Assembly: GCA_951406725.2 (NCBI GenBank)
Contig: OX597827.1
Span: 64,914,001-64,978,000, forward strand
Direction: 5' to 3'
DNA: 64,000 nt
Origin: Octopus vulgaris
Lineage: Eukaryota
Translations under genes and position numbers: made by a program
Notes under the pieces: model-generated
What the model was told of the DNA's origin: nothing
The model's database searches: none
Seen by the model: the letters and a program-made list of their open reading frames with translations, nothing else
Part shown: one piece after another, positions 28,414 through 43,317 of the stretch
How the letters are laid out: every line of letters begins with the position of its first letter
Position numbering within the stretch: position 1 is the first letter of the stretch

Positions 28414-29199
28414 TAAATAGAACGGATTGTATATTATATATCTAGATATATTGTGCGATGATAAAATTACACGTGGATTAAATTTGAATATACACTGTCA
28501 AAAATGGAGAATCTTACTGCTGTGCACGTCATACGTTTATTAGTCAACCATGAGAAGGTTTTGTTGAGGCGAAATGTTTTATATCGTTTTAAATCTAAGT
28601 AATCTACAGACATACTGAATTATAAATCCAAAATTTTCACTAAGTGTAAGAATCTAGATAAGTTACTATTGTCGAAATGGATAATACCACCCTCTTGGTA
28701 TTACGAATGCAGTCTCACAAACTTTACACTTCGCCCCGTTGAATTGCCTACACCTACAATATTAATTCCTACTTTAACAGGTCGTGTTTCTTTCTTTATT
28801 TCGGTCCTTTTTTCTTTTAATTTTGATTTACTTTTTCTTTCCTTCTTTCTCATTCTTTGTCGCTTTTTCTCAAAGAGGAACCATGTATTTTGAGCCTGAA
28901 TGATTGTCTGAAAATAAATCCATACCGTACTATACAAAACACACACACGCACGCAAACACATACATGATCACGCACACGCACACGCACACACACACGCAC
29001 ACATACGCACATATCGCATATATACTAGGGGTTTACACCTGTAATCAAACTTCCCTGAATTATATATATATATGTAGAGAGAGAGGTAGAGGTATGTTAG
29101 AGCAAACAGGAAATGTAGAACTCAATATATGATTATTTTTTTACTGTAATTTCAGCTCAAAGCCGTGGCCATGATGATGCACCGCCGTGTATATGTATA

Positions 29200-29897
29200 T
29201 TTTTATTAATATTTATCAGAAGTAACAGAGTGACTCAAGGTCCGAGAGTGTCGTGCATTGACATTGGTAAATGCTGGCATAATCCTTGCCTTCAGTCCAT
29301 CTTTGGTGTTAGAAAGTGTTTTGTTGGTCTCTCGTTCAAATGCGTCCCACATAAAAATAATCAAGGAGTTGTAGTCTAGGGAGTTAGGTGTCCGGATGGT
29401 AGGGGTGATGTGGTCGAAGAAAGTTTCTGACAGCCATGACTGGGTTCTCCAGTTTGTGTAGCATTATACGGATGCCTGTTACCAGACACAGGGACTTCAA
29501 GCAGCCACCGTCTTTACCCAGGGCATCATTACCTCCTCCATGTACTTGATGTAAGACTCCGTGTTGAGTCTGGGGCCATGTGGGAAGATGAATGGTAGCA
29601 TGACGTCACCACTACTCGTGATTACTCCAAACACTATGACGTTGACTAGATGTTTGATTTTTATCACTCGTGATACATGTGCTCAGATTGCACTATTCTC
29701 AGATTGAGACCCACGCACTACGAAATTCTCATACTGGAGCTTCCGGTGCGAATGCCAAGCAGTACAGCACGTTGTTTCCAAATATGCGACAGAATGAATT
29801 GCGTCATGGTTCTGTTTTTCTCACAGACGGTGCCCAAGTGACCCTGCGCGAAATTAAAGATACAATATAGCGACAATTTACCCATCACTCCCTGTAT
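29200..29897 (-). pseudogene. Tc1/mariner transposase remnant (probably DD37D/maT type) with one TIR
   Basis: Minus strand reads VIVFGVITSSGDVMLPFIFPHGPRLNTESYIKYMEEV and RTQSWLSETFFDHITPTIRTPNSLDYN (a degenerate WPPNSPDCNP); terminus tacagggagtgatgggtaaattgtcgc. Confidence 0.75.
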
Positions 29898-29977
29898 CTA
29901 TTTAAATACATACACACACACACTCATATACATACATACATACATACATACATACATACATACATACATACATACAA

Positions 29978-30026
<49 letters not shown>

Positions 30027-30589
30027 TATAAATATGAGAGCAATAGTACTATTAAAAATACTATCGCTAGTGCCAGCGACTATACATGTTTGTATACATA
30101 TATACTTATGTGTATATGTCTGTACGTATGTATATATACCTGTATATAACCATCTATCTAAACCTCTATCTAACTATTTATCTATCTATATATGTATGTC
30201 TTTCTGTCTGTCTATCACTCTACCTACCTACTTACATACTTATATAGGAATGTTCGTATAGAAATTCAAAACATAACCAAAAAGTACAAGTAAAATAAAT
30301 CTAAATTGGTAACTACACAAAATATCTACAGCTGAGTAAGCAGAACAAATAAATAATTGTCCGAATATGTGAAAAAGCAATATATATTTTGAATGGTACA
30401 TTAATTCGTAGAAAAATTAACAAAAGAATTTATCATTACAATAAAGTGAGGAAATTCAATATATTGTCCATCCAATTATATCTATATAATTTGGTGTCAG
30501 TTAATTAACAAAGACTACAGACTTCAATATAACAGATATATATATTTGTTGGTTTGTTGACAGCAGAATCACGAGTGATTATACATTGT

Positions 30590-31260
30590 ATACAATGTGT
30601 CAACAACTGTCTGGTGTAGCAATAGGAATTAGGGTAGGTCCAGATTTTGCCAACATACATTTGGCCAACTTAAATCTCAATTATTCATCCATTTTACTGG
30701 GTCTCCTCCTGAGATATTGAGCCACTAAATCAATAATTTTCCCGAGGCATTAAATCAAAAATCACAATGTGTAATACTTCTATAAATTTCCTTGGTATCT
30801 CTACAAACTTCCATCCCTCAACATCTGTTTCCAACACATTAAGACATTCTCTAATGTTTGCAATCACCTCCTCGCACATAATTCACATAAAATCTGCTCG
30901 TTCTTTCTCTCCTATTGTACTGACTACTTTGTCATTAGAAAAAATCCTGATTTTATTTCCAAATCGGTGCACAAGTGCTTACTTTTACTCTGTATTTGCT
31001 ATGTTCCTCATTATCCAACTCATCATTAACTTCGTTTTCTGTGACATCAAACATAAGCGGTACTGCTACGCTTACCCCACAACTTCAGTACACGTCTAGC
31101 ATTAGGATAGCCCCACGCGCTTCATATACCAACTTGCCACTCGGCCTTGTAGCATAAATTCCATAACAAATTGTGCTTCTGATATGCCTACGTAACGACC
31201 GCCGGCATTCTTGAATCTGATACTCTTGCCCTTCAAACGGGTTAAATATATATACGTGAT
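30590..31260 (+). pseudogene. Highly decayed Penelope-like reverse transcriptase remnant
   Basis: 30601-30672 reads QQLSGVAIGIRVGPDFANIHLANL (PLE RT motif Q..G.AMG....P..AN), followed later by TSINFLGIS. Confidence 0.55.
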
Positions 31261-31586
31261 CTACTAGTCAGTGGATTTCTTACCCATAGATACATCCAAC
31301 TCGGTACTCACATACATACAATATTAGGAGCTCTAATTTACTCCGTAATTTCCCACAAAACTCCTATAAAATTTTCCATAAGCTCTTACGAATGCGATCA
31401 ATTGTTTTGAGTCTGAGTTAACAAACAGGATAGCTTGCAACATACAGAACACTATACTTATAAACTGATCTTAGCTTCAGATTAAGATTCTGTCAGCAAT
31501 GGCTGCATTACCCAACAACACCATAGTAAATTAGTGTTTCTCAAGGTAGAAGCCCGAAGCAATAATTTGTCTTTTGATCCTTTCTA

Positions 31587-32130
31587 TTGGGTTGTCCAGA
31601 ACGTTCGTGCCGATTCATAGGAGCTTACATTTCGACTTATTTTAGAACATGGTAGAGTCCATAAAATAGGATTTGACTACACCTCCATTTAGAGCACAGT
31701 TTAAGCTTTATATTCCTATAAACTGTGTTCATTCTTTAACCCTTTAAAACGGAAGATAAGAAAGTTCATTTTCGGCACTTGATGTTTTGGTAACCAGACA
31801 AAAATTTCTGCAGCTCGATTGGGATGTGTTACCCCACCTTCCATATTCACCAACTATTGTTTCTTTGGATTTCCACTCATTCAGGTTTCTGCAGAATAGT
31901 CTTAATGGTAAAAATCTTAATTCCTTGGATGACGTAAAAAGATACCTTGATAGAATCTTTGCCATGAAACCACCCGAATTCTGGGAAGAGGATATTTTCA
32001 AGTTAAAGTAAAGATGGAGACATTATACAATAAAATGGTTTATATTTGGTTGATTAAAAATGTAATGGCAAGTATTTATTGACCCTTTTCTTTCCTTTAA
32101 AAATCGGCACGAACTTTCCGGACAACCTAC
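31587..32130 (+). mobile_element. Internally deleted mariner element
   Basis: TIRs ttgggttgtccagaacgttcgtgccgatt / aatcggcacgaactttccggacaacc with TA TSD; retains the C-terminal WDVLPHLPYSPTIVSLDFHSFRFL. Confidence 0.9.
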
Positions 32131-33151
32131 TATATCTGTAGGGTATTCCACCGATTGGCTATAATGAGAATCGCCACTACAACAGGGAACCATGTTAGGC
32201 TTGCCATGTGAATACCAATGTCTTAGTTCACTTGTCATTCCTTACTGATCTTGCAAAGTGAATACTTAATCACGAAGCCATATCAGAATACAATCCTGGC
32301 TGATACTTAAACATTTTCATTTCTGTATATAGCACTCATATTCAATACCATTTACGCCTAACGCCCTCTCAACTTAAAAACCAAATGAACTCTTTTTGAT
32401 AAAGTCTTTCTACATTACTTCGTTTGCGGTGTTTTCTTATGACCTTACACATCTGGCCAGAACTTCTCCACGTCTCAAACATTTTACCTAACAAAGTTCT
32501 TTCTATACAATTTAACCTCCTACCATTAATTCTACGCTACTTCTTCCCCTAACTTACATCTTACCCACTACTTAAACTACCCCCTATTGGCTTCTCATTA
32601 TCACTACCTTCTGCCACTTTACCTATTTATATCATTATTTTTCTCTCGCAATTTTGCAACATGTGTGAATAGCACACTTTACAATTCATCACCGAAGTAG
32701 AATTGTTTGACAAGATTTCTTTATTTTTTTTACCTTTCCTTACGGCAAACAAACTTAGTGAACTCCTCTACGAACATTTTATAGTACATTAGCACATTTT
32801 TTTTTCTGTAAAAAGAACTTTCTGAGAGACTCAGCAATAAAACGTGTTACTAAATGACATCATATATTTTCTTTTAACTTCTATATCTTCACAGCATGCT
32901 AAAATAGCTTTTACTACACACACACACAAACACACACGATCTCACACGCACATATCAACACTCATACTGCATATATATATATATATATATATATATAATC
33001 TATAGAAATAGATGCACGTATATACAACAACACACAGTTTCCCAAATAGACATCGGCATACATTTTTTATATCTGTATACATGAACATATATAACAAATC
33101 ACACACATACACGCGGTCATATACACATATGGACATATGTAGCGTATATAA

Positions 33152-33234
<83 letters not shown>

Positions 33235-33302
33235 CCTATCTATCTATCTATCTCCTTATCTCTCTCTCTCTATATATGTATATACATTTACACACACACA
33301 CG

Positions 33303-33343
<41 letters not shown>

Positions 33344-33346
33344 GTG

Positions 33347-33467
33347 TGTACTTATTTCTCGTCTGTTTACGTATTTTCCACTAGTTGGTGATAGCCTATA
33401 TATATATATTTATATATAGGCTATCACCAACGAGTGAAAAATACGTAAACACATGAGAAATAAGTAC
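33347..33467. repeat. Fold-back inverted repeat centred on (TA)n
   Basis: tgtacttatttctc...ttggtgatagcctata / tataggctatcaccaa...gagaaataagtaca. Confidence 0.8.
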
Positions 33468-34166
33468 AGGACGAAATACTAAAAGACGATAACTCCTCCT
33501 CAGTTGTCGACTGTTTTACTACTCCCTATTTCCTACTTTCAACGGCGAAGTAGGAAAACTTCATAAGATAGCAGCATCCAGAAATTTTCAAGATATAAAA
33601 TTTATGTAGAGAGTAAACAACCCAAAATGACAAACATAAAGGGCCGTTAGGCTAAAACGAATTGTAATGGGTAACGCCTAGGAGAAATTGTCAAAGGATA
33701 TAGTATAAGTAGAAGAGAAGAAAGTAGTAGTAGAGAAAAATGTCGAGCAGCGAGAGAAATGATGTCCAGTAAGATGGACGTCTCATCCCGAAAAGAAAGA
33801 CATGAGAGAAATGGCTCTAATCAAGTGTGAGCAACAGGCAGATGAGAAGGGGGACAAGAGAGGGACTGAGGGAAATAAATAAAGAGAGTGAGAAGAAGGG
33901 AGAGGGAACAAAATACAGGTAGGGAGCAGAAAGGAAGGAGGGGAGATAAAGAAAATTTGAAGGATTGTAAAGGGATAGCGAGAAAGAAAGAAAACAGAGT
34001 GTAGAGTCGGAGAAATTATATGTAAATGTAAAAACTTCCTGTGGACAAGTCTGAATGGCGTTCAATTATAAAAATAAATATTAAGTACGGACATCACTAA
34101 CATGAAAAGTACGTAAACACGCGTGAGATAATTACAGGACACATTACCCCCAAAATAGCAATATAT

Positions 34167-34368
34167 GTGACCTCGTGAAGACCACTTGAATTTTTTTCCC
34201 TCTGTCCTCCCACCTCGGGATCTTTCTTTCTCCTATGTTTCCGACGAAGAGCTCCGCTCGAAACGTCATACCCTCCTTCTTCCCTTTTTTCCTGAGCGCC
34301 CAAAAATACTTTATTTGTTCCACATCCTCGCGTTGTTGTCTTTTTGTTTTCTTGTCTGGATTAACTTT
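34167..34368 (+). mobile_element. HHR-bearing element family P1
   Basis: gtttccgacgaagagctccgctcgaaacgtcatac at 34237-34271. Confidence 0.8.
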
Positions 34369-34455
34369 ATATATATATATATATATACATATATACATAT
34401 ATATACCTTTACACACATATACACTTGTATGTATATATGAATATATATATATTTT

Positions 34456-35020
34456 TTAATAAATTTTAGGGTAGCAAAAAATTCCAGAAAAATTCTCCAT
34501 TACCAGCGGTCAAGTGAGAAAGAAAAAATAGTCAATAGACTATGTAATATACATTCAAACATATAAGGGATGGCCATAATAGGACATCCGACTCACTAGA
34601 AAGAGCAGTTAAATTCCAAACCACTAATAGTTGTAATTCTGAAATGGAAAGGGAAATAATAACGTTTACCCTATCCTTTCAGGACTATGCATAGTTTCGG
34701 CAATCTTTTGTAAATAAAATAAATTTATTTACGACTGGCGTTGCACTCTCCTGCAGAAAGCCAAGGACTAGCATATAGCCACGAGGCGATAATAGCCATG
34801 CCTCGAGTCTATATGCTATAACTTTTCAAAATCCACCACTCTCGCGCGGTTTTCTCAGCAGTAAATATAAACTGCTGATTTAATTTCAAAATTAGCCCAA
34901 AAATCATTAATTAATAAATTTTATGGTAGCAAAAAGTTCTAGAAAAATTCTCCACTACCAGTGGTCAAGGGAGAAAGAAAAAATAGTCAATAGACTATAT
35001 AATATACATTCAAACATTAT
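34456..35020 (-). mobile_element. Diverged relative of the 492 bp HHR unit (455 bp period, about 1.2 copies) with degenerate HHR
   Basis: Unit start repeated at 34456 and 34911; shares ggccataatagg.cat..c.cactagaaa with the 12.5 kb unit. Minus strand 34676-34760: CUUUCUG CAGGAGA...GAAA CUAUGCAUAG UC CUGAAAG. Confidence 0.65.
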
Positions 35021-35029
35021 ATGTTTGAA

Positions 35030-35102
<73 letters not shown>

Positions 35103-35138
35103 GTGTGTGTGTATATATATATATGCATATATATATAT

Positions 35139-35206
<68 letters not shown>

Positions 35207-35400
35207 TTAGCTACTACACGCATTTTTTCTCTCCTTCATTTCTCTCCTTGTTTCTCTCCTTGTTTTGTCTATGTCCCTTTCTGTTGAAGAGCGTAGGCTC
35301 GAAACGTAAAAGACATTTTTACATTCCTGAGCATTATACTAATACATCTATTTGTTTCGTACACCACCTGTCTTCGTCTTTTGTTTTTTTCGTAAACTCT

Positions 35401-35404
<4 letters not shown>
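35207..35404 (+). mobile_element. (TA)n-flanked ~200 bp element with minimal HHR variant (family P2)
   Basis: CUUU CUGUUGA A GAGC GUAG GCUC GAAA CGUA AAAG at 35277-35312. Confidence 0.65.
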
Positions 35405-35446
<42 letters not shown>

Positions 35447-35754
35447 CAGATTTCATACAGGATGATTTCCTATGGGCATTTATGATTGCCGCAATGTGAC
35501 TGTGGTGTGGAATTAGTATTTTCTTTCTTTTGGACGGTGTACCTCAATCACATCTTGGTCAAGGCAATACATCTGCCCGACTGACATGTCAATTAACCTA
35601 TAGCAAGGGATCTAGCACGTTTTCGATTCAGACTAGACTTAAGCAAACTTTTGGCTAAGAGGCGATTTCACAATGCTCAAAATCTTGGCCATTCCTGACC
35701 CCACTAATGAATGAAGTTTAAATCCATACCTAGACCACACACATAAACACGACT

Positions 35755-35844
<90 letters not shown>

Positions 35845-35879
35845 GTATGTATGTATTCATGCATATGTATATGTGTGTG

Positions 35880-35933
<54 letters not shown>

Positions 35934-36343
35934 ACACAGGCGCGTACGTACATGAGATGGCGATAACTGTTCAGGTGAAGTATTTAACGGAAAAAGGAAA
36001 ACTAATACAGACAGGCAATGAAACGGAGACAGACAGTGATCAAATAGCAGTTCTCCCCCCCCCCACCATTCCTCCTCCAATATGCCACAACTAATCTAGT
36101 CGATTGATGGTATAATTGTTTTCAAAACAATGCTTGAAACATCACTGCCATCTTGAAACATTCTCAACGAAGCCAAAATTAATTAGTCGAAGAGTTTAGT
36201 TCGTTTTTATGTATTTACATACACGCACGTATACACGCACTCAAATACACACATACACACATATATATGTTTTTACATACTTATATATATGTCTACATAC
36301 ATATGTATAGATATGCACACTCATATATATATACATACATACA

Positions 36344-36379
<36 letters not shown>

Positions 36380-36409
36380 TACATATACATGCATATACAT
36401 ATACGTACA

Positions 36410-36465
<56 letters not shown>

Positions 36466-37419
36466 TGTGTGTGTGTGTGTGTGTGCGTGCGAGTATATAT
36501 AATTACCAAACGTTGTACAAATAGGAATACAATGTATAAATGCGATTGTGTGTATACTTAATTTTTTTTGCATGAGATTACTGGAGAATTTGACTGCTTT
36601 TTCCAGGAGGTGATTTTCTCGTTATCTGAGTGTAGGTTCTAATTAACCCTACTGTATTCTTTTTTTTGGGCATTTATGCTAATAATGGCAATAACAAAGA
36701 TGATGATAATGATGAAGATGGTTGTGTTGCTGTAGCACTTCTAAGGAAATTGATATTGATGTATTGGGGACACACACACACATGCATAAATATATTTGCA
36801 TAATACATGAGTCGCTCCCCTTTTAAAGCGTTCCTTTGACATGATTCCAATTTCCTCTTCGTGACAAAATCGCAGACTACACATACACGTGATCACAAAA
36901 GCGCAAATGTTACGACATACGAAGTTAACACAGCAATGTCACTCAGCACACTGCTTCATCGTGGTCACCACTGGCTCTCTTTGCGATGGCAACAGTGTGT
37001 TACTATTTGTTGATGCGCAACAGAACTAGTCTGTGAACTTTGTGATACCACATCGTATTTGAGCAAAGGTTACATTACACAACAAGGGCTCAGTAAATTG
37101 GTGATTCTCAAATCCGTAACCTTAGACATTAATACGTCTTACGATCCCTTCTATTTCTGCAGGGTATTCCCCCAATTGGTTATAACGAGAATCGCCAGCA
37201 CAACAGGAAATATGTTAGGCTTTTCCTGTGTATATCCATCCCTTCATTGCTTTATAATCTTACAAAATGAGCTTCTTAGTCACACTGAAATGTCCCAATA
37301 TAATTCTGGCCGATACTTATACATTTTCATGTTTGCATGTAGCACAAATATTCATTAGTCTTTACACCTAAAGAATATGAAAGTAAGCCCTTATTAGAGC
37401 GATAATGTAAAAAATATTA

Positions 37420-37484
<65 letters not shown>

Positions 37485-38526
37485 GTCTACCTCAAAGGGA
37501 TTACCTAAAACTAGTAAAGAACATTTTTCTCACACTTTCCTTCACGTGATAAAATACTACACGAAATAACAACTCCATATAAGGCAGTTAAATGTTAAAT
37601 CATTTTTTCCGTTTCTCTTATTTCTTTCGTCGTTTTGAAATGAAATTTTATTTTCCAGTTTTTATACATGGCTATATGCAACTTTCATAATGCCCCACTT
37701 TCGCAAGTACTCAGATGCCTAAAATGATATATTATTAAATAGCCACGTTTGAAGAGGAAATGAAGTTATTTGTAAGCACATAGCCTACAAACTCTACCTC
37801 TATAAAACACAAGGGTACTAATCAAACTACTTATAAAATACAGGGAGACATACTCACAGAGAAACATACAAGCCAACAGCATTTACACTCACTCAAGTCC
37901 TTTTGTGAACATCAAAGCATGAGAGAAACAAATTTATATACTAACAGCACCATGACATACCTGAGTGATAACCCACAACCTCCAAACGAAACTAGGAAAT
38001 TCTCTAAACAATACTAACAAGTAAAGAAAGTCACAAGCTAAAACATTCCTCATTCATGCATTCTTTTGTAAACCTATAAAAGATTCCATTACAACAATGT
38101 TGGCACAGCCAGGTACAATGATATTAAATACTGGATTAAACTTTATATCATCGACCATTTCACGGTGAAAGTAAATGATTAGATCCAATAACATCAAAAA
38201 TACTTAAGACGCCTGAGATATCCTATCATCAACTTGTCGAAAGGGTCACACACGGATATTCAAACCTGCTTACAATGTTCTACATGCATGAATACATTCT
38301 AAACATCTCCAAGTCCAATCAATAAAAATTTATCCAAAACACCTCTCCATAACAACCTACCTCACAGCCAGTGACCACTCCACTCAAATCTCACAGCCGA
38401 GGAAGATTTTAGCTCAACAGAGACTACATAAAGCCAAGATTAACTTCAATGCATTGCAGTTTTACGATGATTTTAACTGGCCGAAACTTCGATGTCACTG
38501 TGAAAAACATACTTCTTTGAGAATAA

Positions 38527-38567
<41 letters not shown>

Positions 38568-38728
38568 TGTATATCATGGTGCATAAGCGTATATCGAATT
38601 GCGTGTGAATCTGAGAGGGGAATATATTGAATAAAATCATAATTTATTTTGCCAATGTTAAATACTGTGCAAATACGTCAATTTACATCCAGTGTCAATA
38701 AAAAGTACTAATGAAGTTCTGAGCTAGA

Positions 38729-38910
38729 CTCTTCTTCTTCTTCTTCTTCTTCTTCTTCTTCTTCTTCTTCTTCTTCTTCTTCTTCTCCTCCACCTCCTCC
38801 TCCTCCTTCTTCTTCCTCCTCCTGCTTCTTCTTCCTCCTCCTGCTTCTTCTTCCTCCTCTTCCTCCTCCCCTCTTCGCTTCCCTTCCCCCTTCGTTCTCT
38901 TCTTCTAACC
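38729..38910. repeat. (TTC)n/(CTC)n microsatellite
   Basis: Directly visible. Confidence 0.9.
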
Positions 38911-39273
38911 TCAATTTTCTCTAACTAGTTTGCTAGTTGCAAAACCAGTGACTTTGTGACACTGCCTATATCTATACAAGTACCTGTAAATTCATGACCG
39001 TTTATCTAATTACGTGCCCACTGTCACATAGATTTATATGCAAATGTTCATTTATCTATACATATATTTATGAAATTATAGTACGTTTCTTTTTTTTGCA
39101 TGCACTTATGGCCACTGATTGCAGAATTATATATATGTCTTTCGAGGGATTCATTTGTATATATTTCTATACGTCAGTGTCTCTATGCGTGTATGCATAT
39201 ATGTGTGTATAGATAGGTATATGTATGTGCATGTATATATGTATATGTAGATGTGTATATAACTATATATCTA

Positions 39274-39356
<83 letters not shown>

Positions 39357-39484
39357 ATATCTATATATATATATATATTTATATGAAGATATATATTAAT
39401 AAATAAAGAAATATATGAATAAATATTTATATATGTATCTGCGTGTGTGTCTCTCTGTCTGTCCTGTTTATGTATGAACCTGTG

Positions 39485-39534
<50 letters not shown>

Positions 39535-40639
39535 CACACATATAACTGTATTTATACGTATATACAGGTTTTCTTTTACATATGTATGTGTATATATATG
39601 TCCGTCTGGTTGCTTAGTGATGTATCAATGTTTCTGTGTGTAAGTGTATACGCGCGTGTACCTATGTCTATCTATGGATATATACATATATATATATGTG
39701 TGTGTGTGTGTGTATGTATGCGTGTATGTATGTATGTATGTATGTATGTATGTATTCGTATGTGCTTTTCACTTCCGATTGTACTAGTCTGTTTATAGTC
39801 CCTTGTACTTGCATTGTTAAGGCATTTATCTGTGGACATTTTTATGATCTTCACTAAGCAGTTTTCTTCCATTCTTACCCGAACATTTTCCTCTACCAAT
39901 TTCATATTGAAAGCTTTGCTCGACCCCGGGATCTATGAGATAAAATCTGCTTAACATGTCACGGACTGTCACTGAACCCAGAGTCTACACCTAAAACTAA
40001 AACCGTCCATTGGTTTTACTAATGTTTGTTCCTAGTAATATCGCATATCTATAATAAATACTTATTTCAAATATACTTTATCGTTCGTAAAATGTTGAAT
40101 CTAGTTTCTTCCGGATATTTCAGTGCAAGAGAAATCGGCATGAGGTTCCAAACATAATGACCATACTTTCCCAGCTATGATGCGGCTGATCGTGCAGAGA
40201 GGCTTGCTTATTTGATAACCATGCATTCGACACATGAAACATAGATTGCGCTGTCCAGGAGATTTACTGAAAGATGATCGAATGTTTATCGTAATACCAG
40301 GTTATCAATTTACGTTTTTCAATATTCGACCTATGACATCATTCGCTACTATAATATTTCTGAAGTGGCCAGCGGATGTATGAATGTATACATGTACTCG
40401 AACAAAAAATATGTGCACTACTAAATGCTACGGTTGCATACACTGAACGTGTTCAGTATTCGGCCCACATCTGCTTGAATAACAGAATAGTTATTGAATT
40501 GGGCAGAGTGACATGAATGCTCTGGGCATACGTGGGTGGGCCACCGAACACAGATCCGATTCGAAGCTTGTACTTAGAACTGAGAATAACCGCCATAGAA
40601 GTGGATGCGTCCCAATAAAGACATGTCATGTTATATGTT

Positions 40640-41289
40640 TATTTTACTCTTTGGTTTCAGTCATTTGACTGCGGCCATGCTGGAGCACCGCCTTTAGTCG
40701 AGCAAATCGACCCCAGGACTTATTCTTTGTAAGCATAGTACTTAATCTATCGGTCTCTTTTACCGAACCGCTAAGTTACAGAGACTTAAACACACCAGCA
40801 TCGGTTGTCAAGTGATGTTGTGGGGACAAACACAGACATACAAACACACAGACGCATATATACATATACATATATGAAGGCGGCGAGCTGGCAGAAATGT
40901 TAGCACACTGGGCGAAATGCGTAGCCGTATTTTGTCTGCTGTTACGTTCTGAGTTCAAATTCCGCCGAGGTCGACTTTGCCTTTCATCCTTTCGGGGTCG
41001 ATAAATTAAGTACCAGTTACGCACTGGGGTCGATGTAATCGACTTAATCCCTTTGTCTGTCCTTGTTTGTTCTCTCTATGTTTAGCCCCTTGTGGGCAAT
41101 AAAGAAATATACATATACATATATACGACGGGCTTCTTTCAGTTTCCGTCTACCAAATCCACTCACAAGGCTTTGGTCGACCCGAGGCTTTAGTAGAAGA
41201 CACTTGACCAAGGTGCCACGCAGTGGGACTGAACCCGGAACCATGTGGTTGGTAAGCAAGCTACTTATCATACAGCCACTCCTGCGCCT
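40640..41289 (-). mobile_element. SINE family A interrupted by a family B copy
   Basis: Family A tail at 40640-40875 and head at 41107-41289. Confidence 0.88.
40876..41106 (+). mobile_element. SINE family B monomer with 18 bp TSD
   Basis: atatacatatacatatat at 40858-40875 and 41107-41124. Confidence 0.9.
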
Positions 41290-42890
41290 GTTTGTGAATT
41301 ATTCTTATACATGATTTCGTACAGACAAAATACAGGGTGTGTAAAAACGACGCTTATTAAAAGTATATTTTCAGTTTTCGACCAATGAAATAACTCGCTA
41401 CTATTTTCCGTTTGAAGTGGTCTGCAGATATTCAGACATATATATATATACATCCACATTTTGGCGTTATTCAATATTACAGGAATATACTACGCATTTT
41501 GGTCAACATCAGCACGAATAACAATGAAAATTTCACTGTTTCTCTCACTCTTACCTTCATAATTATTCATTAAAATTTCATAGCAGATTGTCTCGCATTT
41601 TCCTTGATAAATTTCAGATTTTTACTTTTAGAATTGATAATTTCGTCTCTTCCGTTAATCTCTTTCCGTTTTATTAACGTACAGACTGATTGATATATAG
41701 AATTGATACCAAGATATAGTTCTAATGGAAATGTGTAAAAAAAGAGTGGGAAATGAAAGAAAGCAAGCTTTTATGTTATCAGGTCTGTACACTGATCTAA
41801 ATAATTCTCCATATAATTATTTCAACCTATATTGATTGTAATATACATATACACAACACACATATACAATGCACAGCTCACAGAGACACACATACATGTG
41901 TTACATTAAACACAATACCCAGCCCACACATATACGCATGCACAGGAAATACGCATACAGCTTATAACAAATGTTCACAAAGCCATGTACACATACACAG
42001 GCACATCAAAGACCTAGACAGACCGAATTACACATACTCACACACCCAACTCACCAACGAGGAAATCTCTGTGTAGTCGCTTTGATATAACACATTTGAG
42101 AATGCAGTCCTAACTATAGGTTTATGAAAAGAATACAGTTGGTCACAACGTGAATGCTTGGACGTATCTGCTGGATTGGAGATAACCAGCGGCTAAATCC
42201 AAAACAGTAACAAGCATAGTTGGCTAACAATATTGAGAAAGAAGCTATGTGGTAAGAAGCTTGCTTCCTAACTTCATGGTTCCGAGTTCAGTGCCACTGC
42301 GTAGCACCTTGGTTATCCTTGTCTCCATGTATTTATCCCTCGTCCCCCCATTTCTTTCTCTCTCTTTCTCTATCTCTCTTTCTCTCTCTCACACACTCAC
42401 ACATACACACACATAGGTTAAGTTACTAAAAACTTGGTAGACCATTCACATCGCCCTTTTCTACAGAAATGGAGAATTTCTAAAGGAGACGGAACAGCAT
42501 CCAAGTAACACTTTCTCATCGAAAGTCTAGAATCTACTGAAACAGTTTCAGAACACACTGAGGTGCATTTCAGCATGGAATACACATAAAGGAGTAAAAA
42601 CAATTAAAACAATTTCATTTAATTAGGATGCTTGGTTAAAAAAAAATCGTTCCGAGATTAAGTGTTCTGCAAAGAAATTAGTCAAATTCGCCTGTTATAC
42701 TTCAGCAGACCTGTGTCGTTAAGATGTACACTTTACAAAAACGTGGACTCACGTTCAGTCCAACTGCACGGCACCTAGGTTAGATGTAATCTACTATAGC
42801 CCCAAATTTGATTGCCGAAAACTGGGGAAGCTCGTTATATATAAATATATACATAAATGCATACATAAATGCATACATACACACATAGAT

Positions 42891-42944
<54 letters not shown>

Positions 42945-43084
42945 TTATATGTACATACGTATATATATGAAGGTCGTTATGTGTATATATCTACGTATGT
43001 ATATATATAGATATATATGTACGTATATCTATCTTTCTATCTATCTATCTATCTATCTATCTCTCTCTCTCTATATATATATAT

Positions 43085-43162
<78 letters not shown>

Positions 43163-43187
43163 TTGTATTTATGTGTTACCTGAGTAT

Positions 43188-43246
43188 ATTCCACTGATGA
43201 AGGCAGAGCATTTCTTATGCAGATCCAGAAATCCGGGATCTGGAAT
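43188..43246 (+). ncRNA. Type I hammerhead ribozyme motif
   Basis: AUUCCA CUGAUGA AGGCAGAGCAUUUCUUAUGCAGAUCCA GAAA UCCGGGA UC UGGAAU. Stem I is 6 bp, the site is AUC, and stem II is imperfect. Confidence 0.7.
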
Positions 43247-43317
43247 TATCCAGTAATTTTTTTGCTAGCTTATTTTGTCTCTTTGTCAAAATAAGCTAGC
43301 AAAAAAATTACTGGATA

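Noticed and set aside
38455-38502. HHR-like remnant (cgatga...gaaacttcgatgtcactg)
   Set aside because: CUGA is missing and stem II cannot be formed.
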